DNA of 64,000 nt, from NCBI GenBank assembly GCA_963846055.1, contig CAWJUQ010000001.1, forward strand, positions 2,608 to 66,607, given 5' to 3'. Positions 40,263 to 49,323 of this stretch are shown here, in pieces (the first letter of the stretch is position 1; each line of letters opens with the position of its first letter). Position numbers and translations under genes: made by a program. The notes beneath the pieces were generated by a model. It did not search any database, was not told the DNA's origin, and saw nothing but the letters and a program-made list of their open reading frames with translations. This DNA is from an uncultured Alphaproteobacteria bacterium. Its GTDB lineage: Bacteria > Pseudomonadota > Alphaproteobacteria > Rhizobiales > Xanthobacteraceae.

Positions 40263-41078
40263 TCAAATGTCCTCGGGAAACATCTGGTCCATGGTGCGGG
40301 CCGGATCCGGGCAACCGGCCTGACCAACTACCCGCGCCGGCACGCCAGCCACGGTGACATTGTTCGGAACCGGCTTAATGACGACCGACCCTGCCGCGAT
40401 GCGGGCGCAATGCCCTACTTCGATGTTGCCCAGGATTTTGGCGCCGGCCCCGATCATGACGCCGTAACGTATTTTAGGATGCCGGTCTTCCCATTCCTTG
40501 CCTGTGCCGCCCAGCGTTACGCCATGCAGGATCGACACGTCGTCGCCGATTTCCGCCGTCTCGCCAACGACGAAGCCGGTCGCGTGATCAAGAAAAATGC
40601 CACGTCCGATTTTCGCCGCCGGATGGATGTCGCATTGGAACACCGCCGACATCCGGCTCTGCAGGTAGAGCGCGAAATCACGGCGGCCCTTGTGCCATAG
40701 CCAGTGCATCAGCCGATGCGTCGCGATGGCGTGGAAGCCCTTGTAGTAAAGCACCGGCTCGATCAGACGATGGGTCGCCGGATCGCGGTCGGCTGTCGCC
40801 ATCAGATCAGCGCGGAAAGCTTCACCGATCGCCGGCACTTCCCGGAGTGCATCCGAATAGGCTTGCCGGATCAGTTCGCCGGAAAGCGCCGCATGATCGA
40901 GCCGTTCAGCCAGCCGATAGACAATGGCCTCTTCCAAGGCGTCGCGATGCAAGATCGTGGAATAGATAAAGCTGGCAAGCTCCGGCTCTTTGCGCACAAT
41001 ATCTTCCGCTTCGCGACGGATGCGAGCCCATGCCGGATCCAGCTTATCCAGCGCCGCCGTAGGTTGAGATTGTGGCAT
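40263..41078 (-). CDS. cysE: Serine O-acetyltransferase
   Basis: GGGAGG upstream of the ATG at 41078. Contains YYKGFHAIATHRLMHWLW, DIHPAAKIGRGIFLDHATGFVVGETA and GVTLGGTGK. Confidence 0.85.
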   Translation of the reverse strand: MPQSQPTAALDKLDPAWARIRREAEDIVRKEPELASFIYSTILHRDALEEAIVYRLAERLDHAALSGELIRQAYSDALREVPAIGEAFRADLMATADRDPATHRLIEPVLYYKGFHAIATHRLMHWLWHKGRRDFALYLQSRMSAVFQCDIHPAAKIGRGIFLDHATGFVVGETAEIGDDVSILHGVTLGGTGKEWEDRHPKIRYGVMIGAGAKILGNIEVGHCARIAAGSVVIKPVPNNVTVAGVPARVVGQAGCPDPARTMDQMFPEDI

Positions 41079-41211
41079 CAGGCCTCCCGGGAGAAGGATT
41101 TTAGCATATTGGTGCGGCGCAAGACAAAAACTAGGGGGCACCCGAACGCCTTATAGGTCAGAGACTTAAGTCAACTCGGCCTCTGACTTAATCCTAGGCC
41201 AATGAATCAGC

Positions 41212-41970
41212 TCAATCGCCGGTATCGGCACCCAGGAAACTTAAGACCGCTCCCTTAAACCTGCGATCGCCCACCGCGAGCATGTGATCTCGTCCAGGAA
41301 TAATGAAAGCTTCCGCGCCCGGGATAAGCGCCGCGAGGGCTTCGGGCGATCCGCCGACCTGATCGTGTTCGCCAACGGCGACCAAGATCGGGACCGCGAT
41401 GCGGCCGGCTTCTTCAGGGCTCATGGTCTGCCGCGCCCCCCGGATGCAGGCCGCGAGCGCGCGCAGGTCGGAGTGAGTCTTCTCAGCGAAAGTCCGATAC
41501 ATGCGGCCGGCGGGGTCGGATACATCGGCCAGCGCCGGTGCTTCCAGAGCTCGCGCGATCCTGTCCGTGTCGTTCAAGCCGTCGACGAGCCCCATTCCAA
41601 GTCCGCCGAATACTGCGGAACGTATCCGCGCGGGATGCGCGAACGCCAGAAACGCGGCGATCCTGGCGCCAAGCGAGTAACCAAGGATATCCGCATCCGC
41701 TAGCTGCAAATGATCGAGCAGCGCGCGCACATCCTCCGCCATGATGGCGCTGTGATACGCACTCGGGTCATAGAGCTTGGTGGACTCTCCGTGGCCCCGG
41801 TTATCCAGTGCGATAACGCGTCGGCCCGCCGCGGTCAGAGCCGTTATCCAGCCGGTATAAGCCCAATTCACCTCTTTGTTGGAGGCGAACCCATGGATGA
41901 GGACAATCGGCGGGCCGGCGCCTTCGTCACGAAAGGCGATCTGCACATCGTCATGCAAAAATTCCGGCAT
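41212..41970 (-). CDS. Alpha/beta-fold hydrolase
   Basis: PIVLIHGFASN, the nucleophile elbow GYSLGA, and GRDHM (catalytic His). Confidence 0.75.
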   Translation of the reverse strand: MPEFLHDDVQIAFRDEGAGPPIVLIHGFASNKEVNWAYTGWITALTAAGRRVIALDNRGHGESTKLYDPSAYHSAIMAEDVRALLDHLQLADADILGYSLGARIAAFLAFAHPARIRSAVFGGLGMGLVDGLNDTDRIARALEAPALADVSDPAGRMYRTFAEKTHSDLRALAACIRGARQTMSPEEAGRIAVPILVAVGEHDQVGGSPEALAALIPGAEAFIIPGRDHMLAVGDRRFKGAVLSFLGADTGD

Positions 41971-42096
41971 GCGGCCACTCTTACTCTATCCGTCTTGGAG
42001 GCGTACAAAAATGATGGCGCCAGCCAGGGATGAGGCTAGGGTCTGTCGGCCCGGAAATCACCCTCACGCGCGGCCGGGCCATCGGGGAGGAACAAT

Positions 42097-43299
42097 ATGC
42101 AGCGGATTTGGATTCTCGTGCTCGGCCTGCTCGCCGTTTGGAGCGTCCCCGCCGCGGCGCAGATCTCCGACGATGTGGTGAAGATAGGAGTGCTGACCGA
42201 CTTGTCTGGCCCGTCCGCAACGGCGACCGGGAAAGGCTCGGTCACCGCCGCGGAGATGGCCGTGAGCGATTTCGGCGGCAGCGTGCTGGGCAAGCCTGTT
42301 CAGGTGATCTCAGCGGACCATCAGATAAAGCCGGACGTCGCCGCCGGCATTGCGCGCCAATGGTATGACCGCGACCAAGTCGATCTGATAGTCGACGTGC
42401 CCGTTTCGGCCGTCGGCCTGGCGGTGCAGGCGGTCGCCAACGAGAAGAAAAAGCTCTTCATCACTCATTCGACTGGCACCGCCGATTTCCACGGCAAGTT
42501 CTGCTCGCCCTATGCGCTGCAATGGGTGTTCGATACCCACGCCCTCGCAGTCGGCACCGCGCAAGAGGTCACGCGCCGCGGCGGCGACACCTGGTTTTTC
42601 CTGACCGCCGACTATGCTTTCGGGCATGCGCTCGAGCGCGACGCCACGCGCGTCATCGTCGAAAACGGCGGCAAGGTGGTAGGCTCCGTTTCGCACCCGT
42701 TCGCGACGCCCGACCTTTCATCGTTCGTCCTCCAGGCGCAATCATCGAAGGCGAAGATCATCGGGCTAGCGGCCGGGCCGCCGGATAACGTGAACGCCAT
42801 CAAGCTCGGCGGCGAGTTCGGCATTTTTCAAGGCGGTCAGCAGATGGCCGGCTTGTTGGTGCTGATTACCGATGTCGACGCGCTCGGGCTGAAAGCAGCG
42901 CAGGGACTCGTCCTCACCACATCGTTCTACTGGGATATGGACGAACAAACCCGGAAGTGGTCGAAGCGATACTTCGACAAGATCAACAGAATGCCGACCA
43001 TGTGGCAGGCCGGCGTCTACTCCGCGGTCATGAACTATCTCCAGGCCGTCAAGGCAACCGGTACCGACGACCCGCTGAAAGTAACAGCCAAGATGCGCGA
43101 GGCGCCGATCGAGGATTTATTCGCGCGCAACGGCCGGCTGCGGCAGGACAATCTGATGGTCCACGACCTGATGCTGGTGCAAGTCAAGACACCCGAGGAA
43201 TCGAAATATCCTTGGGACTACTACAAGATCCTGACGCGCATTTCCGGTGAGCAGGCGTTTGGGCCGCCTAATCCGGCGTGTTCGCTGGTCAAGCAGTAA
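42097..43299 (+). CDS. ABC transporter substrate-binding protein (LivK / branched-chain amino-acid type)
   Basis: Signal peptide ending AAAQ. Contains VKIGVLTDLSGPSATATGKGSV..ADHQIKPDVAA. 400 aa. Confidence 0.75.
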   Translation: MQRIWILVLGLLAVWSVPAAAQISDDVVKIGVLTDLSGPSATATGKGSVTAAEMAVSDFGGSVLGKPVQVISADHQIKPDVAAGIARQWYDRDQVDLIVDVPVSAVGLAVQAVANEKKKLFITHSTGTADFHGKFCSPYALQWVFDTHALAVGTAQEVTRRGGDTWFFLTADYAFGHALERDATRVIVENGGKVVGSVSHPFATPDLSSFVLQAQSSKAKIIGLAAGPPDNVNAIKLGGEFGIFQGGQQMAGLLVLITDVDALGLKAAQGLVLTTSFYWDMDEQTRKWSKRYFDKINRMPTMWQAGVYSAVMNYLQAVKATGTDDPLKVTAKMREAPIEDLFARNGRLRQDNLMVHDLMLVQVKTPEESKYPWDYYKILTRISGEQAFGPPNPACSLVKQ

Positions 43300-43404
43300 T
43301 GACGGCGGCATCGGCATAGGTATCTTTCCTGCGTGCAGGCTGCGGACCCTTTACTGGAATTCGTGGCTGCGCATCGCTATTACTAAGGCTGGCAAGGTGT
43401 AGAC

Positions 43405-43650
43405 ATGGCCGACGCGATCGTTCCTCATTTCCACAACGACCTCGGGGTTGCCGTAATCGATATCGGCGCCAGGGAATTCATGTGTGTCGGCGCGATGCCG
43501 CCGTTCGACCACCCGCATGTGTACTGCGACATGGGGGCCGATTCGGAATGCGTCTGCCCGTACTGTTCGACGCTCTATCGGTACGACCCAACCCTGAAGC
43601 CGGGGACCGCACGGCCCGAAGCATGCGTCCTTGACGACACCGGCGCCTGA
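43405..43650 (+). CDS. Zinc-finger (zf-CHCC-like) small protein
   Basis: FMCVGAMPPFDHPHVYCDMG..ECVCPYCSTLYRY. Confidence 0.6.
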   Translation: MADAIVPHFHNDLGVAVIDIGAREFMCVGAMPPFDHPHVYCDMGADSECVCPYCSTLYRYDPTLKPGTARPEACVLDDTGA

Positions 43651-43666
43651 TCTTCGCCGGGAGCGC

Positions 43667-44916
43667 GTGCCCTGACCGCCTCGCGCACGGTAGTCATAGC
43701 CGGCGGCGGCATTGGCGGATTGACTGCGGCACTGGCGCTGGCCGACCGCGGGTTTCGCGTGACGGTGCTGGAGCAAGCAACGCGGCTTGAAGAAATCGGC
43801 GCCGGAATCCAGCTCTCGCCCAACGCCACCCGCATACTGATCGAGCTCGGATTAGACGATGCATTGCGACCGCTCGCTGTAGAGCCAACCGCATTGCACG
43901 TGATGAACATGATCACGGGCCGGGAAATCGTTCGCATGCCGCTCGGCGAATTCGCCGAACGCCGTTACGGCACGCCCTTTTGGCTCGTGCACCGCGCGGA
44001 TTTGCTAGGTGCGCTGGCCGGCGCCGCGTCGCGGCAGCTCGACGTTACAATCAAATTAGACCGGCGGGTCCAGGATTTTGTGGTTCATCCGAACGGGCTG
44101 ACAGTCTCCGCCCTGACTGCAACCGGCATCGCCGATGAGCGAGGCTTCGCAGTGCTGGGCGCCGACGGCCTTTGGTCGTCGTTGCGCCGGCAACTCGGCG
44201 ATCGCATCCCGCCAAACTTCACCGGACGGGCCGCCTGGCGGGGCAGCATAGCCGCGCGCGATGTACGAGCCGAATTTCGCGAACCGACCGTCCACCTGTG
44301 GATCGGACCGGACGCGCATCTCGTCCATTACCCGGTGAAGGCCGGGCGCCTGATCAATATTGTCGTTATCGCCGCTGATCGTGACGGCGCCTTGGCGGAG
44401 CGGAGCAAACTCGCGACCCGCGCCGATCTGTTGTCCTCTCTAAACGATGATGGCTGGACAATGCCGGCGCGCACGCTCGTCCGTCTGCCCGACGCGTGGC
44501 AAAAGTGGCCGCTTTATCATCGCCGGCCGCTAAGACGCTGGTCGCAAGGTCCCGCGGCGCTGCTTGGCGACGCCGCTCATCCAATGTTGCCGTATTTGGC
44601 ACAAGGCGCCGCCATGGCGATCGAAGACGCGGCCGTTATCGCAGACTGCCTCGCGCGCCGGCCCGATGATCCGGCACGCGCGCTGCAAATCTATTGCTCG
44701 CTGCGGCGCGCGCGAACGCAAAAATTGCAGCGTTTGTCGGTTCGCAATGGCGCGCGATACCATTTCGGGCGGCCATTGAGTTGGCTGCGCAACACTGCAA
44801 TGCGGACCATGGGCGGCAAAGGTCTGCTCAAACACTACGATTGGATCTATCGCTGGCGGCCGCCGGCATCCCCCACCATTCAAGTAAAATCAGAACGAAG
44901 CTCGGGGCAGTTTTAG
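43667..44916 (+). CDS. FAD-dependent aromatic-ring monooxygenase (salicylate hydroxylase / UbiH family); 5' end unresolved
   Basis: The Rossmann motif VVIAGGGIGGLTAALALA lies upstream of the first in-frame start (TTG 43720). The frame opens at 43651 with no ATG/GTG/TTG, and the GTG at 43667 is out of frame. Also contains GDAAHPMLPYLAQGAAMAIEDA. Confidence 0.7.
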
Positions 44917-45075
44917 TCGGTCAGCCGCGGGAAACGTTGACCTCTACAGTCGGCTGTTTTCGCCGAACCGCTTTTTCTCCGCGCGGACGCACTGGCAGGA
45001 ACATTTGGCCAACGCCCGTGTTCAGCCTACGCGACGCGATAGCGCTGCTTCCTAATGCGGAGAGGAGAGGTTTTC

Positions 45076-45504
45076 ATGTGCGACTACAGTCTACACTTGG
45101 TCGCTTCCCGGCCGGCCACGGTCGGCGAAACGCTGATCGCAACCGACTTTGCGAAATCGATCACCCGCGGCTTCGCCTCTGCCGGCGAACCCGACGTGGC
45201 CGTCTGTCTGCTTCCCGGCACCGAAATCGCCTTCGACGCCGATGTTCAATACGATCGCGCCTTCAGTCTGTTCGGCCGGGCGCGCGTCGGTCAGCGGGTC
45301 GCAAGGTTTCGGCAGATCAACATGGATGATCCGAACGTACACCACGATGCGCTGGAATTCCCCGGCGGGCAAATCGTGCTGGTCACGCGGCTCTCTCCCG
45401 GACAGCGGGCCACGGTCCTGCAGCTGCCGGCATCCGCGCGCAGCATCGAGGCAGCCGATGGGCTCCCGACGCCTGACAACGTGATTGAACTGTTGGCGAG
45501 ATAA
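45076..45504 (+). CDS. Conserved hypothetical protein (MCDYSLH N-terminus)
   Basis: AGGAGAGG upstream of the ATG at 45076. 142 aa. No motif recognised. Confidence 0.45.
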   Translation: MCDYSLHLVASRPATVGETLIATDFAKSITRGFASAGEPDVAVCLLPGTEIAFDADVQYDRAFSLFGRARVGQRVARFRQINMDDPNVHHDALEFPGGQIVLVTRLSPGQRATVLQLPASARSIEAADGLPTPDNVIELLAR

Positions 45505-45510
45505 CGCTTC

Positions 45511-45587
45511 TGGCGCGCTCGGAGAGATTCGAACTCCCGACCCTCAAATTCGAAGTCTGATGCTCTATCCAGCTGAGCTACGAGCGC
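45511..45587 (-). tRNA. tRNA-Arg (anticodon UCG), CCA encoded
   Basis: Cloverleaf read by hand. Acceptor stem GCGCTCG/CGAGCGC. D-arm GCTC-AGCTGGATA-GAGC. Anticodon stem TCAGA/TTTGA with loop CTTCGAA. T-arm GGGAG-TTCGAAT-CTCTC. Discriminator G, then CCA. Confidence 0.9.
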
Positions 45588-45800
45588 GCGGAGCGCCGCA
45601 CAATAGCGGCTCCGCGCGGCGGTTCAACTAATCTCGCCGAATCAAGTCTGAACTGAAGCCTTTCCGGGGCGCCAGCGCTCAAGCTCGTTCCATTTGTGTC
45701 ATGCCGGCACAGCAGGGCGGCCATTCCCGGGCCGGTACAAGCCGGAACATCTCCGATAAGGCGCGGTTGTCAGGCGATGACTGAATAGGAGGTCGATATC

Positions 45801-46100
45801 ATGTCTGACTATCGGAACCCCAATGATCCAATGTGGCAAGGTGGAGAATACGAGCCCGCCGGGCGTTCGTACGGTTCCGGCTGGGGTTGGCTAGCCGGGG
45901 CGATTGTGATCGTCGTCCTGCTCGCCATCGTGTTCGGCGCGGGCCACGGACCGACGCGGACGGCAATGAATGAAAACCGGCCGACCGCGGGCAACATGGC
46001 GCAGCCGCCCGCTGCTACTCCTGCCAACCCGGCGCTGCCCGGCTTGACGCCTCCTCCGGCTAACCCGGCCCAGACTTCGCCGGCAGCTCCGGCGCAATAA
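45801..46100 (+). CDS. Small single-TM protein with Pro/Ala-rich tail
   Basis: GGAGG upstream. Contains WGWLAGAIVIVVLLAIVFGAG. A terminator follows. Confidence 0.5.
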   Translation: MSDYRNPNDPMWQGGEYEPAGRSYGSGWGWLAGAIVIVVLLAIVFGAGHGPTRTAMNENRPTAGNMAQPPAATPANPALPGLTPPPANPAQTSPAAPAQ

Positions 46101-46132
46101 ACAATCGGCTCAGGAACGAGCGTATCGACGTT

Positions 46133-46165
46133 GCGGCCTCGGCACGGACCGAGGCCGCTTTTTTT
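46133..46165 (+). terminator. Rho-independent terminator between convergent genes
   Basis: GCGGCCTCGG-CACGGA-CCGAGGCCGC followed by TTTTTTT. Confidence 0.75.
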
Positions 46166-46559
46166 ACTTTTCGAACGCCGGATCAATCGGCACGCGATAG
46201 CCATTCGCCAGGCGGTTCGATTTATTGGCCATGCCGACCACGGCCATCAGCTCGCCAAACATCACTTCGCTCATCCCGGCCTTGCGCGCGGCGGCGGTGT
46301 GGCTGGCGATGCAATAAGGGCAGCCGTTGGTCACGCTTACCGCTAGATAGACCATCTCCTTGGTGACCGCATCGAGCGCACCCGGCGCCATGATTTCTTT
46401 GATGCTCTCCCAGGTGCGCTTGAGCGTCGCCGGATCGCGCGCGAGATACTTCCAGAAATTGTTCACATCTTCGACGCGGCGGGCGCGCTTGATGTCGTCG
46501 TACACCGCTCGAACTTCAGGCGCGGCGTCGGCATACTCGATAGGGCCAGAAGCGGCCAT
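46164..46559 (-). CDS. Carboxymuconolactone decarboxylase (AhpD-like) family protein
   Basis: VYLAVSVTNGCPYCIASHTAAARKAG, which contains the CxxC motif. Confidence 0.75.
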   Translation of the reverse strand: MAASGPIEYADAAPEVRAVYDDIKRARRVEDVNNFWKYLARDPATLKRTWESIKEIMAPGALDAVTKEMVYLAVSVTNGCPYCIASHTAAARKAGMSEVMFGELMAVVGMANKSNRLANGYRVPIDPAFEK

Positions 46560-46577
46560 GTGTCCTCTCTACTTTGG

Positions 46578-46994
46578 TTATTTGGCGAGCACCGCGAGCG
46601 GCGCCCCCTTGTCGAGCACGTAGACCGCGTACAATTTGCACGGCGCGTCGGCCGACGCTGCGCCCTCGGCGTGGACGGCGCGCTCGGGCAGTTCGACAGT
46701 CTCGCCTGCGTGATAGATTTTCTCCGGCTGGCCATCGGGCGCAAACCAGCAGGCGCCGTCAATCACGTACGCGGTCACCAGGCCGGGATGTATGTGACGC
46801 GGCGCCTTGAAGCCGGGCGCCACTTCGACAATCGCGGTCGTCATCTCGTAATTGGAGTTCGGCACCTCGGTTTTGCTGATGATGGTGCGCTTGACCGGTG
46901 AAGGCGTCAGCGGCGGATTTTTCGGCGGCTCCTCGGCGAGCGCAACAATGCAGCTTGCGAGCAAGGCGGCGGCGGCGACGCAAATCCTGGCCAT
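46578..46994 (-). CDS. Secreted cupin-domain protein
   Basis: Signal peptide. Contains VEVAPGFKAPRHIHPGLVTAYVIDG..YHAGETVELPERAVH. Confidence 0.7.
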   Translation of the reverse strand: MARICVAAAALLASCIVALAEEPPKNPPLTPSPVKRTIISKTEVPNSNYEMTTAIVEVAPGFKAPRHIHPGLVTAYVIDGACWFAPDGQPEKIYHAGETVELPERAVHAEGAASADAPCKLYAVYVLDKGAPLAVLAK

Positions 46995-47099
46995 GGTCCC
47001 TCCCCGGCGTGTTCGCTTGGCATCCTAGCGCTCCCTCCGGCTTTGCGGGAGAGGGCCGCCGATGCACAATCGCAGCGGGCACGAAAAAGGCGCCGCAAC

Positions 47100-47870
47100 A
47101 TGCCGAAGACCCCAGACTATTTTGCCGGAAAGACCATCCTCATCACTGGCGCCGCAAGCGGCATCGGCCGCGCTGCTGCGCTGATTTTCGCCCGCGAGGG
47201 CGCTAACGTGGTTTGCGCGGACCTCAACGAGAAGGGCGCGCGCGAGATCGCCGCCGAAGTCAAGCGCAATGGCGGCGGGGCCTTGGCGCTTGAGGTCGAT
47301 GTCACCAGTCGCACCGCGGTCAATGAGATGGCGGAGAATGCCCTCGATGCGTTCGGCCGCGTTCACTTTCTTTTCAATTCAGCCGGCGCCGCCGTTCGCC
47401 GCGCGAAATTTTTGGAGATCGACGACGCGTTGATGGAGAAGACGTTCGCGCTGAACGTCGGCGGCACGTTCTACGCCATGCAGGCGCTGCTGCCGCACTT
47501 CCTCGCCAACAAGTCCGGCGTCATCGTCAATATGGCGAGCATGGCGCACCGCCGCGGCGCACCCGGCTCGTCTATCCATTACGCCGCTGCCAAGGGCGCG
47601 GTGGTGTCGATGACACTCGGCGTGGCGCGCGAATTCGCTGCATCCGGCATCCGCGCGCTGTCGATCTCGCCCGGCCCGATCGACACGCCCTTTCAAGAAG
47701 CGGCGCAATCATCGCCGGAATTGATCCAGCGATTCCTCGCCGACATCCCCATGGGGCGTTTCGGCACGCCGGAGGAAATCGGCGAACTCGTCTTGTTCCT
47801 CTGCTCGGACGCCTGCGAATTCATGACCGCCGACACGGTGTACGTGAACGGCGGCGGCGGGTGGCGATAA
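47100..47870 (+). CDS. Short-chain dehydrogenase/reductase (SDR)
   Basis: ILITGAASGIGRA (TGxxxGxG), NSAG, YAAAKGAV (YxxxK) and PGPIDTP. Confidence 0.85.
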   Translation: MPKTPDYFAGKTILITGAASGIGRAAALIFAREGANVVCADLNEKGAREIAAEVKRNGGGALALEVDVTSRTAVNEMAENALDAFGRVHFLFNSAGAAVRRAKFLEIDDALMEKTFALNVGGTFYAMQALLPHFLANKSGVIVNMASMAHRRGAPGSSIHYAAAKGAVVSMTLGVAREFAASGIRALSISPGPIDTPFQEAAQSSPELIQRFLADIPMGRFGTPEEIGELVLFLCSDACEFMTADTVYVNGGGGWR

Positions 47871-47985
47871 GCCCTTTCGTTCTGCAAAAAGAATAGCCCC
47901 AAGCGCGGGAGGGGGCCATGCGCTTGGGGCTAAGAAGGCCGGGACAACCTTCAAACAACCGGCCTCAATTTCGCTCGTTAATCTC

Positions 47986-48189
47986 TTAAGTCACCGCAAC
48001 ACCGCACTCGCCGCACCAGTAACGCCGCAGGTCGGGTAGAACACCGCAGGCGGGCTCCGCATAGCCGGGTGAGTTGCGCCACAGATGCATCGGCCGGCCG
48101 CAGTTCGGGCACAAGCGGCCCTTGATCGGCTCCGCCCCGCGTCGGATCAGCTCGCGTGTTTCCGAGGTGTACACTTTCGTCCCTTTCAC
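47986..48189 (-). CDS. Putative zinc-ribbon mini-protein
   Basis: GTG start after GGGGAA. 67 aa with CPNCG...(31 aa)...CGEC. Weak call. Confidence 0.3.
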   Translation of the reverse strand: MKGTKVYTSETRELIRRGAEPIKGRLCPNCGRPMHLWRNSPGYAEPACGVLPDLRRYWCGECGVAVT

Positions 48190-48305
48190 GTTCCCCGTTT
48201 CAAACGGCAGGTTGAAATTCAAACGCTTGTTTGAGCCGAACGCAAGCCCGGATGGTGGCGTTTTCGTGATTTTTAACAGGGTTAATTTATTGTAATCTGC
48301 GCGGC

Positions 48306-49190
48306 TTAGGCGGCGGCCGGCCGCCAATTCACCAACGCGACACTGACGACGCAGACCGCCATGCCGGCGAGCGCCAGCGGCGCGAGCCGCTCGTTGAACA
48401 GACCCCACGCCATGAGCGCCGTAACCGGCGGGGTCAAATAGAACAGCGCCACGACCCGGGTCGCGGCGGCGTGGCGAATAAGAAAATAGAGCAGCCAGAT
48501 CGCGCCGAACGACAGCACGAAAACGAGCCAGGCGAGCGCGAAGATAAGATCCGGCGTCCACTCCACGACTCGTGTCTCGAAAACCATGGAGCCGAGGGTA
48601 AAGAAAACGCCGGCGCTGACGTATTGAATAAACATGCCCGGCCGCCAGTCGATGCCGCCACCGAACCGCTTCTGATAGACGGTGCCGATGGTGATGCTCA
48701 CCAGAGCGACGCTCGCCGCAGCCCAAGCGAGCGGCGTGGCCGCGCCGGTACTCACCCGATCCTGAACCACCAGAAAAATACCGAGCATGCCGAGAACGAG
48801 ACCGGCCCATTGCCGCGGCATGACCGCTTCGCCGAGCAGGCGATTGGCCACCGTCGACGTAAGCAACGGTTGCAGGCCCACGATCAGCGCCGATACGCCC
48901 GCCGATAATCCCTGCTTGATCGCGATATAGACTCCGCCGAGATAAAAAACATGCATGAACACACCGGTCACGCAGCTGTCGAGGATGCCGGTGGTGCCCG
49001 GCCACTGCGGCCGCGCCACCAGCAAAATGATGCCGAGCAATACGATGGCGCCGACCATGCGAAGCGTGAGGAAGGTCAGCGGTTCCGCGTAGGGCAACCC
49101 GAGCTTGGCGCCAATAAATCCGGATGCCCACAGCACGACAAAAAGTGCCGGCGCCACGAACGTGACGGCTTCTTCCAGCGTGCGTGGCAT
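48306..49190 (-). CDS. EamA/DMT-family transporter
   Basis: 10-TM pattern. Contains FVVLWASGFIGAKLG and ALFYLTPPVTALMAW. Met at 49190. Confidence 0.75.
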   Translation of the reverse strand: MPRTLEEAVTFVAPALFVVLWASGFIGAKLGLPYAEPLTFLTLRMVGAIVLLGIILLVARPQWPGTTGILDSCVTGVFMHVFYLGGVYIAIKQGLSAGVSALIVGLQPLLTSTVANRLLGEAVMPRQWAGLVLGMLGIFLVVQDRVSTGAATPLAWAAASVALVSITIGTVYQKRFGGGIDWRPGMFIQYVSAGVFFTLGSMVFETRVVEWTPDLIFALAWLVFVLSFGAIWLLYFLIRHAAATRVVALFYLTPPVTALMAWGLFNERLAPLALAGMAVCVVSVALVNWRPAAA

Positions 49191-49323
49191 TAGTTCGAAA
49201 TTCCCGGCAGCCGACGCGGCTGACAACAGGCTTACCGGGTGATGGCGTTCAGGTCGATAGCGCCGGGCGAACAGCGGATACCCGCTGGATGCAACGATTG
49301 TGGAAATCCGGCGCGGACAAGTT

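Noticed and set aside
45511-45587. tRNA-Arg as an integration hotspot with an adjacent island
   Set aside because: There is no integrase, no direct repeat of the tRNA 3' end, and no composition change on either side within several kb.
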